Below, piece by piece: positions 1 to 13,320 of a stretch of 64,000 nucleotides of DNA; position 1 is the stretch's first letter; the number at the start of each line of letters is the position of its first letter. The stretch comes from Sphyrna mokarran. Taxonomy: Eukaryota. The stretch is taken from NCBI GenBank assembly GCA_024679065.1, contig JAGIQG010000003.1, positions 46,314,001 through 46,378,000 on the forward strand. The letters are read 5' to 3'. Below the pieces are notes generated by a model. It worked only from the letters and a program-made list of their open reading frames with translations, had not been told where the DNA came from and ran no database searches. The position numbers and the translations under genes were made by a program.

Positions 1-146
1 TGCATTGGTTAGGTGCATTGGCCATGCTAAATTCTCCCTCAGTGTACCTGAGCAGGCACCGGAGTGCGGCGATTAGGAGATTTTCACAATAACTTCATTG
101 CAGTGTTGATGTAAGCATACTTGTGACACTCATAACTAAATAAATA
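1..146 (+). mobile_element. 3' part of tRNA-derived V-SINE (HE1-like body, type-B tail)
   Basis: ggccatgctaaatt body and aacttcattgcagtgttgatgtaagc...cttgtgacact...aaataaat tail, shared with copies at 13735, 43153 and 50447. Confidence 0.75.
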
Positions 147-904
147 TTCCATTCGACAACTGCGCTGGACAACATTCTTTTGGTAATTTGGGCTCTCCTG
201 TTTTCCAGCCTATCACTTATCTTTCCTTTGTTTGTCTCCTCCCCTGTTAAAAAAATCTAGTTCTGAAGAAAGGTATGGAATAGTGGTAAATTTTCCAGTC
301 CTGCTTGCCGTGGGAATCATTGTGGGTGGAACAGGCAATTGAAAGTTCTGTTGACCTTCAATGGGCATTTCCAGTGCTGGAGTAGGTAGGACCCCAGTGA
401 CTGTTTTTCGATCCCCATGGATGCTGTCCGACCTGCAGAGTATTTCCAGTATTTTCTGTTTTAAGACAAGTTTTTTTTTTCCTTGGACTCTTGAAGAACA
501 GGAGTACTGCACTTGAAGATGTTCCATCTAACCTCAGAGTCCCTTCTAACATGCAATGGTTGGCTTTCTTTCATCAGGGTGCCAAACTGACCACAAGCAA
601 CACTTCTTTTCACAAAGTAGTTTACAGCCTCTGAGAATAATTCTCACAATGTTGGCCATTCATGCAGGGCTGTTCCTTAGCTATGATTCTGCTTCATTTG
701 TCTGTCACAGTTCCGAAAATTGTTCAAAGCTCCCTCAGTAGGCCTGCTGGTAAGATAGTGAGGAACAGAGTTACAGACCAGGCAGCTTCCAGATCTAATG
801 CCAAGTAGCAGGCAAGTTAGTACATTACAATCAGAAAAATGGCAAACTGCTGCAATTCCATAAGTAGCCCCACTTTCAGAAGGCCAAATTGCCTCATCCT
901 AATT

Positions 905-1487
905 GTTATCCAATGACACACTCTCCAATACTGATGCACAGTGTGTACTATCTACAAAATGTATTGCAAGAACTCACCAAACCTCAAGAACAAAGAACAG
1001 TACAGTGCTGGAACAGGTCCTTTGGTCTTCCAAGTCTGTATTGACCACGATGCCTCCCTAAACTAAAACTGTATGCATTTATGGAGTCTGTATCCATCCA
1101 TTTCCACCCTATACATGTATTCGTCTAGATGCCCCTTAAATGCCAGTATCATTCCTGCTCCCAACATTGCCCCGGGCAACTCATTCCAAACAGCAACTTT
1201 CAAACCCATGAATGCTACCATTAGAAGGATAGGGCAGCAGATACATAGTAATACCACCACCTTAAAGTTCCCCTCCAAGCCATTCACATGGAAATATAAC
1301 ACCTTCATTTGTCTCTGGGTCAAAATCCCAGAGCTCCTTTGCCAACAGCACAGTGAGTGTACTTATACCACATGGACTGCAGCAGTTCAAGAAGACAGCA
1401 CACCAACATATCTCAAGGGCAATTAGGGATGGGCAATAAATGCTGGTGCAGCCAGTGTCACCCACACCCCATTAATGAATTTTTAAA
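905..1487 (+). mobile_element. 3' end of non-LTR retrotransposon (CR1/L2 superfamily), interrupted by a CR1 fragment
   Basis: Tail ctcaagggcaattagggatgggcaataaatgctgg...aatgaat, also seen at about 8090, 12770 (minus) and 17665. Colinear with 7800-8160. Confidence 0.7.
986..1190 (-). mobile_element. CR1 LINE 3' end nested in the element above
   Basis: ORF 1063..1323 contains VAVWNELPGAMLGAGMILAFKGHLDEYM, the typical CR1 ORF2 C-terminus, followed by a (ttctttg)-type tail. Confidence 0.8.
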
Positions 1488-1722
1488 AACAAGCGTACAT
1501 CAACGAAAGAAAGCCAGGAACCAGCTTTTTTCTGATGCCTACTTAGATGCAGATACTCATACTTTGGGCTCATTTATTAAGAGTGACTAATTTGTGCTCC
1601 CTTATCTAGTCCCAGTCACACTCCTTCAAGTTCCTCCAGATTGTTACTGAGTCAAGCATAATAACCAACACAATGATGGTAATGGGTGCCTTATGGACAT
1701 CATGACATGGGTACCTCTTGTA

Positions 1723-2026
1723 ATGATGTGGAGATGCTGGTATTGGACTGGGATAAGCACAGTAAGAGGTCTCATAATACCAGGTTAAAGTCCAACAGGT
1801 GTGCTTCAGATACACACAACATTGCGTCCCGACTATCATGCCAACGGCTGCGCTTCCTGACAACCATTTTAACCATTATCTTGTAAATTGAGTTTATGTC
1901 TCTATGTGCCCTATTTGTGAACACAAGACCTTACTCACCTGATGAAGGAGCAGTGCTCCAAAAGCTTGCGCTGTCAAATAAACCTGTTGGACTTCAACCT
2001 GGTGTTGAGAGATGTCTTACTGTGCT
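1723..2026. mobile_element. Penelope-like element fragment (family A) with inverted pLTR ends
   Basis: Inverted arms 1754-1800 and 1982-2028, 11-bp flanking direct repeat TACCTCTTGTA (1712-1722 and 2027-2037), hammerhead-like motif at 1939-1967. Confidence 0.75.
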
Positions 2027-2377
2027 TACCTCTTGTATAACAGGAAGGACAGGAACTCTAACCTAGCTTGTAGCTAAAGGAGGAACTTACTGAACTGTGC
2101 TTCAAAGTCACCCATATTAAAAAGGTTACAGTACAGTAATATGATTTTCCTCTCTGTTCCTCATTAACTGCAAATAATTTGGGCATTAAACTATACGTAT
2201 ATAACTAGCTCAATATTGCTAGCAGTCACAACAGTTGAACTATGTCTGGATCTTTAATACAACAATCATATCAGCCATCACACGTAAGTTCTTACTTTAC
2301 AGAACTAATGTGATTCAAACCAAAAATGAATATGTCTGTAGCAACAGAAGTCAATCAGCAGGAGGTATCAGGCAAAA

Positions 2378-3400
2378 CAATAACAATTTACGTTTATGTA
2401 TTGCACCTTTAATGTAACAAAACATCCCAAAACAGTTCACAAAGCAAGATAAAACCAAGCATTACATCAAGTCACAAATTAGGCCATCTGATGGCAAGCT
2501 TGGTGAAAGAAGTAGCTATTAAGCAGTGTCCCAAATGACAAAAGTGTAGGTATGAGGCTGAGAGATGTAGAAGAGAATTCCAGATCTTGGGAGCCTAAGA
2601 CAACTGAAGGCATGGCCCCCATTGGTGGGGAAATTATTACTGGAAATGCACAAAACAGGCCAGAATTAAGAAGCGCAGACAGCCTGGAAGATTGTGGTGC
2701 TGGAGGAGGGTACAGAGATAAGGATTTGAAAGCAAGGAAGAGAATTTTTAAATCAAGATGTCGCTTGCCTGGGAGCCAACACAGGTCAATCAATACAGTG
2801 AAACATGATTTACTGTGAGTAAAACATGGGCAATGTAGTTTTCAATGACTACAAGTTTACAGAGGATAAAATATGGGAGACCAGCCAGGGATGTGTTAGA
2901 ATAGTCATGTCTAGAGGTAATAAAGACATGATGAAGAATTCAACATCAGATGAGCCAAAACAGGGATGATGTTGAGTGATGCTACAGAGATGGGAGAAAG
3001 GTGGTTTGAATGTAGATGAATATGTGGTCAGAAGCTCACCTCTGAATCAAATGCGACACCAAAGTTGTGAACAGAGTTGGATAATCTTAGACTGTTGCGA
3101 GGGAGAGAGTTAGAGTCAGTAGTCAGGAAACGAAGTTTGGAGTGGCACCAACATCAATGGCTTCAATCCAATCAATATTTAATTTTGAGAAAATTTATGG
3201 TCATCTAGCAGTTTGACAATTTATCAACAGTGGAGGAGTCAAGCCAGTACAGGCGGTGTAGAGCTGGGTGTCATAAGCATATATGTGAAAACTTCTGATA
3301 TTAAAGGCAGCATGTAGATGGGAAATAAGAGAAAAGGTCAGAAATTGATTCTCAGGTGACGGTGCAACAGCAGAAATGAAGCCATTGGAAGTGATTACAA
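2378..3400 (-). mobile_element. Decayed L2-like LINE 3' region
   Basis: Starts with the reverse complement of an L2/DeuSINE-type tail (acaacaattt..ttgcacctttaatgtaacaaaacatcccaa). Similar to 17222-18080 and antisense to 10790-11100 and 54372-54820. Confidence 0.6.
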
Positions 3401-3444
3401 GAACACAAGAAATAGGAGAAGAGTAGAACCTATGGCGTTATACA

Positions 3445-3575
3445 AAACCAAATGACTATGAATGCTGGAATCTGAAACAAAAACAAAAAATGCTAGAAAA
3501 TCTCAGCAGATCTGATAGCATTTGCAGGGAGAGAATAGAATTAATGTTTCAAGTCTGGATGACACTTCACCAGAG
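3445..3575 (-). mobile_element. Penelope-like pLTR fragment (family B)
   Basis: gaatgctggaatctgaaacaaaaacaaaaaatgctagaaaatctcagcagatctg is the reverse complement of the 23690-23773 and 53480-53522 type end. Carries a hammerhead-like motif. Confidence 0.65.
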
Positions 3576-4779
3576 AAAATAGGATAAAGGAGGAGAGGGG
3601 TGCAATGGGATTGAACTTATGGTCTGTCATGTCTGCTCTACTCAATCGATACTATCATGGCTATTTTGGGCTTCAACTGTAATTTCTAGCTATGATTAAA
3701 GAGATAAAAATGCAGCAAGGTCGGAACAGTCTCACTCAGTTGGACCACAATGAAGAGATTTTGGAGGTGGATGGTTTGGTTGACCATGTCAAAGGCTGCA
3801 GAGAGACTGAGAAGAATGAGGAGGGAGATTTTACTTTTGCCACAGACGAGGAGGGAGACTTGCCACAGTCAGATAGGATGTCAGTTATGATAAGCACAAT
3901 TATTTGGCAAGACCAAGTTATGGGATCTAATTGTTTACTTCTCCTGCCAAGGCAAGTTTTTAATTGTGGTTCGCATTCCTCAAATAACCCGACAGTTAAT
4001 TAGAATGTGTCACTTGAAACTCCTGTGTTTCATGGTCCTGCTTTAGTGGTTGCTAAGTTTGTAAGAGGTAACTGACTAGGATTTCTGTCGAGCAAAATAA
4101 TGTTGTGTTGAAGATTCTTCAGGAATTAACAAACTTCAATCAAAAGAAAAGAAACACCTACTTCATTATGGCACAAAATGAAACATCTCACTGAAATGCA
4201 CTTAAGAACACATAGTAAAATAGAAGTTGAATTGAATCCTGAGTTTAATCCTCACATTCCATTTGTTACGATGCAGCTTCGTTTAGAAGCATTACTGTGC
4301 ATTGAAAGTTTGTGATAAAGGGCATCATTTTCAGATATTTAGTGATGCATCTCTTACAAAAGGAAGATCTTTATGTTATCACCAAAAATGCTTGTTTGCT
4401 TCGCTGTAGTTGTCAAACAAGTTTGACCTACTACTTTACTGCTTCATAATTTGAGTGCTAATTTTGGAAGATGGGATAAATTCTGTAGCAGTCTTAAATA
4501 ATCTAAATTTTGTCATAATTATTAAATACTGTTATCAAGGATACACAAGGGGGAAGGTGTTTATGTATAACCTTGGAATGTCTTTGAACAGCCTGTTATT
4601 ATGTGATACTTCAGAACTAATATGCTTAGTTAAGAGTCAGACCAGGCTATTCATTCTTCTGAAAGTCCTAATGTGTTATGTGAACTTGACACATGAATAT
4701 TGCAGGAAGTGACTGATGCAACGGCAACCCACTTCAAAACTATCATTTATGAATTTGACCTTTAATATTAAGAATGATG

Positions 4780-5175
4780 AAAGACGGATGTTGACCAAAA
4801 TATCAGGAAATTCCCTGTTCTTCATGGTATAATGACTTAAGACTATTACAAATACCTAAGAGGATATATTTCACCAGCTGACAGGAAACAGTTCCAACAA
4901 TGCAGCTCTTCCGCTCTCCTGGAAAATATTTGACACTCAGTCATCATCACTAACAATAGGTTGATCATTAACGCAATGCTGTTGTAGGATTGCTGTGTGC
5001 AAATTGGCTGTTATGTTTCCTTCAAACAATGACTACATTTTAAAAGTATTTTGTTTGGGACAGTGAGGTAGTGAAAAGTGCTATGCAAATGCAAGTTATT
5101 TCTTTTAATGCTAAGTATCCAGAGTAGGGCTTCAACCCATGACCTTCTAATGAAAGAGGTGAGAGTGCAACTACT
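4780..5175. mobile_element. Old DeuSINE (SacSINE1/AmnSINE1-like) remnant, internally rearranged
   Basis: gctgtgtgcaaattggctg...gtgaaaagtgctatgcaaatgcaag tail on the plus strand, flanked by minus-strand body and head pieces. Confidence 0.5.
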
Positions 5176-6879
5176 GACTCAAGATAATAATGCATTCAGC
5201 TCAGAATTCTGATGTGGCATAATTTGGGGACATATCAGAACAGGTTTCTCCCTTTTAACACATCCATGTAAAGAATCACTTGGATGAAGCAGATGCTGAA
5301 ATGATGAGTGCACATCTGTAATGGAGTTGATCCAATGTACTGCCCATCTAAATTCAGTAAGTCAATCATTTTAAATTCAGTTTCATTCTTCATTGCTTGT
5401 TTTAATTTAAAAAAAAAAATCTTGATTCTAAAGTATCCCAAGCAGGGGAAAAAAATCTTTCATGAGGTGCAGTATTCTTTGCTCTGATTACACAAATACT
5501 ACAATAATAGTGTCAAGGTTTCAGAAATGCTTTAGCCACACTTGTCTAATCTATTCTTCAGTACATTGCAAATAATGTTGTCTTTATTCTCAACAGTGAC
5601 TGCCCATCAAAAATATATCATTGGTTGTAACATGCTTTGGAACATCCTGATGTTGTGAGAGCCACTCTGTAAAGAAATGCACTCTTTTTCCTTCGCTTGC
5701 TTTTTCAAGAGGTCCAGTAATATTCAGTCAGTGGTGAATGGAATAGCATTCTCATCTTGCATCTGATCCCATGACGTGCCTTTAGAGTCTAGTCAGAAGA
5801 ATGGGTTGCCCGATAGCTCCAACAGCAGTAGCACCTCGATTAGCATTTTTCTGGCCCAGGGAGTGGCTGGGCTTTTGAAAGGGTAGAGTTGGGGAAATAT
5901 CAGGATCCTGAGGCAGTTCAGAGGCCAGGATCATTGGAGAGCGTAAGCCAGGGGCTGTTTGAAGATGTTATGAAAGAAAATGGAAGGACCTAATGGGCAG
6001 GGGTGTTTGGTTGGGGAGGTAGGGGGTGGGGGAGGGTGGCGAGTGTGGTGGAATGCGTGCAATAGTATGGGTTGGATGAAGAAGCTGTATGGATCCAGCG
6101 AGTAAGTGAAAAGGCACCTGCTGCCTGGATCCAGCAATCCTCACGTCACAGTTTGCCAGTGGTTTCCTGAAAAGCTTAACCAGCCAGTATTAGATTTTAA
6201 ACTGTGCTTAAAAATGAAGCATCCTAGCTTATTTTAATACTTAAATTGGCAGCCCACAGTTTCTGTAGAGCTTGGTTTCTCACCTCTGTGCAACCTTAAT
6301 TAAAACCACAAATGGAGGGCTGGCATTGGATTTCTGATTTTTAACATCCAGGATGCCTGATTTATTTTGAGGGGAGGTGGTGGGGGTTAAAATTTACCCT
6401 CACTCCAGCAGAGTTTAAATCAAAAAGTATAAACTAGTCTTGAACTATCTACAGAATGTGAAATAACGATTGGGAGAGAGACACAGGATTAGAAAAATCA
6501 GAAAAAAATTAAATTATCTTTTAACTATTTTTTGATCTCCAACACTAATTAGCATACAAAAGAATGAAACTCCACACACTTACAAAATTGTTTTCAGAAC
6601 CAAAGATTATTTAACAGCAATTATCATTATACCACTAAAAATTCACTTACTGCAGAATGTGCCAAGCCCAATCTTTTACTGTCTGCATAGTGTGTAATTA
6701 GGAGATAGAGACCCTAATTTAACACCATTTTATGGACTTTAATGCTCAGTCTATTGACACAGCTTCGTTGGGGTGCAACTTCTAGATTCCCATGTTTAAC
6801 TTGGAAAGTTTCTCTTGCACAGTGACTACTGTTTGCATTGCCATTATTATTCACACAAAGAAGGCCTATACATTAGTCA

Positions 6880-8162
6880 CACACAAACCACCAAAAGCCC
6901 AATGCATCTACAAATCACGTTATTTCATCAGCAAAGAAATGGAAAGGATTATCAACAGTTCTACTAAGCAGCATATACTCACAAATAAACTCCCCAGTGT
7001 GGTCAGTGGTTTCTGCCATGACTTCATTCAAGCCTTGGTTCAGATATGGACAAAAGAGCTGAAATTCCAGAGATGAAGCAGCTACCTTTGGCATCAAGGC
7101 AGCATTTGGTCATACATGCCAACAAGGTGCCAAAGCTGAATTTGAACTAGGAAGATGGGTATGATTATTGGAGACCAATCAAGTCAGCCCTAGGGCAACA
7201 CTGCAGTGGTTCCTGAAGTAGTGTCTTAGTCCAACCATTTCTCCTCCTTTGTCAATGAACTTCCCTTCATCATAAGATCAGGCATGGGAATGCTCAGTCT
7301 CGTATAGGGTATATTTCCAGTTGCAATTCCTCAGATAATGAATCACATGCAGCAAGAATGGGATGACTTTAATGCTGGAGTTAAAATGTAGGAAGTGGCA
7401 TTTGCAACATACAAGTACTAGGCAATGATCATCTCCAACAATATAAAATTCAACCATCTCCTCTCCAACATTCAATGGCATTTCCATTAATGAATTTCTC
7501 ATTATCAACATTGTGGCATCATCATTAACCAGAAATTTAACTGGACCAGCCATAAAAATACTGTGACTACAAGAGCAGGTCAAACGGCAATACTGTGTGA
7601 TGAATGCCTCACCTCTTAACCACCCAAATTCTTTCAACCATCTCCAAGACAGGAGTCAAGAATATGATGGAATAATCTCTACTTTTTGAATGAGTATATA
7701 TCCAACAACACCCAGTAAAATTCTGTACCATCCAGGACAAAACACTTGCTTGGCTGGCACCCCTTCCATGCCTAAAACTTTATCAAACCCCCCCACCCTT
7801 GGCGCACCATGGCTGTAGTATATTTATTTAGAAAAACGCACTCCAACAATTCACCAAAGCTTCACTGACAGTATCTCCCAAATGTGTGACCTCTACATCT
7901 AGAAGGACAAGGGCAACAGATACATGGTAACACCACCTTCCAAGGTACCTATTGTCCTCAATTGGAAATGCACTAAATCTTCTTTCAGCGTCACTGGATG
8001 AAATTCTTAAAGCTCCTTCCCTAACTGCATTGTGGGTGTATCTTCACCACAATGAAGTGGTTCAGAAGACAGCTCACTACCAACCTTTCATGGGCAATTA
8101 GGGATGGGTAATAAATGTTGGCCTTGTCAAAGTTACCCACATCCATTGAATGAACAAAATAA
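6880..8162 (+). mobile_element. Degraded non-LTR retrotransposon, RT region and 3' tail
   Basis: Frameshifted remnants of GVPQGSVLGP.IF..F.N.LP (about 7200-7280) and INI.....QK.NWTSH (about 7500-7555). Ends in the gggcaattagggatggg.aataaatg tail. Confidence 0.75.
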
Positions 8163-10789
8163 ACAGTATTTTCTGCATTTGTACGGTCTTGTATAGCAGT
8201 GCACTCATGTTGGCAAAGACCAAAATATGAAATCAGAATCCAATAGAAATAAACAAATTTAATCTCTGGATAGACCAACCTGATGGCTCATTGCAGGTAG
8301 CATTTTTCCAATGAAGTCTGAAAAGGGAAACCTGATATACTTTAATCACAATAGCTTCAGCCTATTACAGGAACTCACTGAATCTAATTGTTCTGCATTG
8401 AATATTTAGCATTTAGATCCAGAGTCAAATTTCCCCAATAACATACCTCAGCTCTAAATTCATAAGTGCAGCAGTGTAGATTTTTTCCATTTAGCGCACT
8501 AACCACCTTTTTATGGCCTCTCGAAGACTATTATTTTGTGGGCGTATTTTTAATGCTAGTACCAATAAACATTTGAACTAGCTGAGACTAAAACCATTTA
8601 AATCATTAAAATCACTAAAATCATTATTTCAAATCACTACAGCTGGTAAAATGAGGTGGCTTTCACTTCTTTCAGCATAGGCTGTATTCTAACGATCACT
8701 GTATTAAAATATTGCTTAATGGGTTGTCATACCCTTGCAGGTTCTGCTGAGATTTTGTTCCCCTACTGTGACATAAATGACACTGCTTTGAATACCAGTT
8801 CTGCTCAATTTTCTCTCCACATTACTTGTGTGCTTCCTGGACTAGTCCAATCCCAAACTTAGCTATGTGATTAAAGTAATATGCTGTAAACTGACCATTG
8901 GCATTTGAAACACAGCACTGGCCATTCTAACATGAACAATGCTAATGTTGAAAATGGAATCCAAAGGAGGAAATTATCACAATACAATAGCACCCACCAC
9001 AAGGCACTCTATATTTTCCAGTCAAGCATCATGCTACTTCAACCTTGCAACCATGCTCAGCATGCTGGTGTGTCAGAATGATTAACTTTATACTATTCAG
9101 CATTGCTGTATTATATCAAAAACAATAAATATCTGGGGAATGGTTGAAGGCTGTAATCCATTCTCAGGGTTCAGATGACATCCACAAACCAATCAAGCTG
9201 TATTTGTGTAATCTATGATGTATTTGAAATGTTCTATTTGGATGACTGCCAACTCACTGCCTCCCTCCCGTATTTCAATACGTACCTTAGTTTAGAAAAT
9301 GCAAGTATGCTATGAACTACACATTCATTTGGTTTGTGGCTATGGATGCATGATTACAATTGGAGACAAGTTAAATTAAGCATGAAATTTTAATTTTCAT
9401 ACGGCTTAAAGGACCAGTGCAAAGTTAGGAGTCCAAGGAACAATTCCCATTACTCATTTCAGCTCATCTCCAACTCAACTGCTTTTTTTTCCATAATCTT
9501 TTGGATTGGTTTATCAACAGCTGGCAGTAATGTAGATCTGGACAAGAGAATCAGTCAAATTAAAGCCAGAGATAATAAAGTCTGTTGTTTAATAGAAGGA
9601 TGTGATACTTAAACATTGAATTGAAGTTATTCACATTGCTGCATACCATTGCAATTGGGATTTACTTTACCAAGAATTGTCTCAATAACTGCTTCTTTTT
9701 GAGGCTATCAGAGGTTGTTAACTATGTATTGATTTCTATTAACAATGAGCATTTATGATGTAAAGCTGAATGGGAGGTTATATTTAGCTGCATCCCAATC
9801 CCCACTGGGCACAATATCTGGAATGTTTCACTTTTCACATAAACCCATTTACAACCAGTTTATTGATTTCTGTGCTGGGGCTCCAACTTCAACAAGGAAA
9901 TGGTTGTGTAAAGATTTCTGTGGATTGCCACCCACTAACCTTTCACACTCATTGGTTCTTAACACTATTATATGGTCCGATTACATATTCTGAATGCAGT
10001 TATTGCCTATGATATTTGTGATGACTTTGAAAGTGTCCTGAGAATGCAGCATTTTTGGGAGATCTCAACTTCCCAAACTAATGCAGTTTATCTGCTACAA
10101 AATCCAAATAGTGTGCCACAGTGGCCCAAATTTTGCATTAAGAATAGCCAAGAGGCAAAAAGCATTCACTATTACATGGAAGTAAATTAGACTGGAACTT
10201 GCAGACTCTGCAAAATGCAGTCAAATATAAAAATCAAGGATGAAATTCTCTGACCATTCACACTAGTGGGACTCTCCTGTCCCACTGCAGCTAACAGAGA
10301 TTTGGCTAGCACTAAATTCTCCATCCTCTCTGACAGCAGGGCATGAATGGCCCAAAAGCTTACTCTGCTTTCAAAAGCTGTGTTAGTTACATCGCTACCA
10401 TTGAGTTCGCATTAAAATCTACATAAAACCATTAAGTTGTTATTATTGATCCATTAGTTATCCATTGTCAGACGGAGTTAAGACTGTAACATTGCATCAT
10501 ATGCAAATTAAAGTTTAACAATATGTTACTGTCAATGTACCTCACTGGAATGGAAATTTAATTTTGCAAATCTGGAGTCGAATTCTTTTAGCATTTAATT
10601 TTTTTTTACTTTGTCTTTTAAATCTTTATCTCTCACTCCCAGCTTTTTTTCACTCTATTTTGCAACATATACATGATTTTACAATTCTTCCACGGGATGT
10701 GGCAATCTCAGGTGGGATTGTGATTAGTGCAGACTCAATGGGCCAAATGGCCTCCTTCTACACTATAGGGTTTCTATGATTCTATGGTA

Positions 10790-11100
10790 ATGTCTCTCTT
10801 TCCCAACTCATAACCCTCTGAAATTTTTGCACTCCTTTAATTCTGGCTTCTCATATCGTCCAAAATTTCAATTGTTATACCACTGGTGACAGCACCTTCA
10901 TTTGCCTGGTCTCCAAACTCTGGACTACCCTCCCTATACCTCTCCACCTCACTTTAAGACACACCTTCAAATATCATCTTTAACCAAGTTCTTGGTCTTT
11001 GCATCACCTTGACTGGCCCGTGTCATACTTGGTTTTATGATGTTCTATAAAGCACCGTGGGAAGTTTCATTATATTAAAGGTGCTATATGAATGGAAGTT
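10790..11100 (+). mobile_element. L2-like LINE 3' end
   Basis: ctggactaccctccct...ctttaagacacaccttcaaa...taaagcaccgtgggaag...aaaggtgctatatgaatggaagtt tail. Confidence 0.6.
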
Positions 11101-11882
11101 TTTGTTGATTAAAATTCCACTTTGCGTGTTCCTGTGAGAATTCTTCAATCTGATAGGTTGAAAAGGCAGGCTGCTGCCTTCCCTGCTCACACAGGCTGCA
11201 GATTCCCCATGGAGGGCACTGCACTGATGCCCAGTTGCAGAAGTTTACTGCTCAAAATTCCACATAAAGTCTGCAGGCAACTGTAAGTATGATGAATGTT
11301 GTATGTTGCTTTGCAACAAAATCTGAATCAGGCCATTGAGTCAAGAAATCTACAGTACCTACAAAACTGAAAACAACTCTGATTTTCCTCTTAACTTGCT
11401 TTTGTTTCTTCGGTTGAACACATGATACTGAGGTGTAGAATTCTGTCACCAATAAAAGAAGTTAATCTGATATTGTGCAAGGATAACATCAACAAAGGGT
11501 CCATTAATTCGCTCCCACTAAACAATAACTTTTGGACAAAAAACCCATCTCAGAAATGTGGTGCAAAGATGCAGAGTCAACAGGGAAATAGGGTAACACA
11601 TAACAGAAGAAGCCAAGATAAATGCTTTGTTCTATTCAATCTAAAAACTCCTCAAAGCACAATCAGACACTGTACTTGTTCTATCTTAAAAGAAAAGTAT
11701 GTTCTTTTTATTTGGTTGGTATGGTGTTGATATTGAATCACAATGTATTAGTTACTGCAGGGGAAAAACAATGGAGCTGTAATTACCCTGGAAGGCTCAT
11801 ATTACAACAGCCTCTTCCGCAATGCATTAAATAACAACACAAATTCTCGCCACACTGTTGTACTGCTGTTGAATTTGGGAAT

Positions 11883-12126
11883 TTGGTTAGCTCAGTATGC
11901 TGGATGGCTGATTTATGATGTGGAGCAATGCCAACAGTGTGGCTTCAATTCCAACACTGGCTGAGGTTATTCATGAATGTCCACCCTCTCAATTTTGCTG
12001 TTCCCCCCCCCCCCCCCCCCACCGCCTGAGTTATGATGACCCTCAAGTTAAATCATCACCAGTCAGCTCTTCCCCTCAAAAGGGAGGAGGAGTGTATGGT
12101 CACCTGGTACAATGGTGACTTCACCT
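11883..12126 (+). mobile_element. tRNA-derived SINE
   Basis: A-box-like ggttagctcagt, B-box-like ggcttcaattcc, 3' gaccctcaagttaaatcatcaccagtcagctct body. Contains a C18 run. Confidence 0.6.
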
Positions 12127-13320
12127 AGAAGTGGAACTGTGGCCAGTGTAATCCTGCTTTACATTTGAGAGATAATGCAGTCTTAATAGAAAGGGAATGG
12201 GGGAGAAATTGGGCTTATTAGCACCAATTTATTATTAAAATTAAAAACTTCAAAATGGTGGCTGAATAGCATGCACATACTTGCAGTGTCTCACACTTGA
12301 CACCAGAGTGCTTTAATGTATGCACAGTGAACATTCACCAGATGTTTGCAGAGTAGGCGGATCATGACATCAATCAGCACACAACGATGGAGTCATCGCC
12401 ACTCCGCCAAGATGACGCCTCAGCAATTTGAATGATTTGTCAGAAGGCAGATTGCAGGAATGCCTCTGCACACTATAATTCACATCCATGATGACAGAAG
12501 CCTATTGCAGCACGTGGATGTTATTGGTGTCACAACAGAAGCTGAGAAATTGACTATCATGTTTGGATCACAAATATATGAATGGAATTGGCTTGCTGTC
12601 TCACACTGGAAAGGATGGACTTCAAGTTCTGCCAACTTGGTAGCAGACACCTCCTGACACAGTACATCGCCTCGGGATTTCTGACAGACTTCCAAATACA
12701 CCAAACATTTTGATCTACATCTGAATTAGCACTTTTTCTCATTTGTGGGATGCGGGTTGCCTTTTGGCTCACATTTATTGTCCACCCCTTACTGCCCTTC
12801 AGGTAGTAGTGCTGAGCTGTTTTCTTCCACTGCTATTTATGTGGTGTAGGTACACCAACATTAGGGAGGGAATTCCCATGACAGTTAAGGAATGGTGATT
12901 ATATTTCAAAAATGGAACGGTGAATGACTTGGAAAGGGATGGTCCAAGAATTGCAGGCAGGAAGGAAGGGTCAAGGAAAGGACTAAAAACAGACACCACT
13001 GCGTGGTGGAGCAGGCCATCTCTATAAGATTGACCCCAAACATGGCCTTAATTAGGAACGGATGGCAAAGGCCAAGGAGAACAGAACAGCCATCCTGACC
13101 ACTGCAAGGAGACATGCAAAGCTCCTGCCAACAGAATGGGACAGGAGAATAAAGTGGGAGATAAAGGGAAAGGAAAGAAGGGGCAGGAGACAGCCAAAAA
13201 ATATCACCGCTCCCAATACTTCCCATCTCTCGGCATACTTAATCAATGGAGGAGAAACTATCAGAGCGCCAGTGAGGGTTCAGTGGTAATATCAAGGAGC
13301 AACAGTTAATTTTCCATTTG

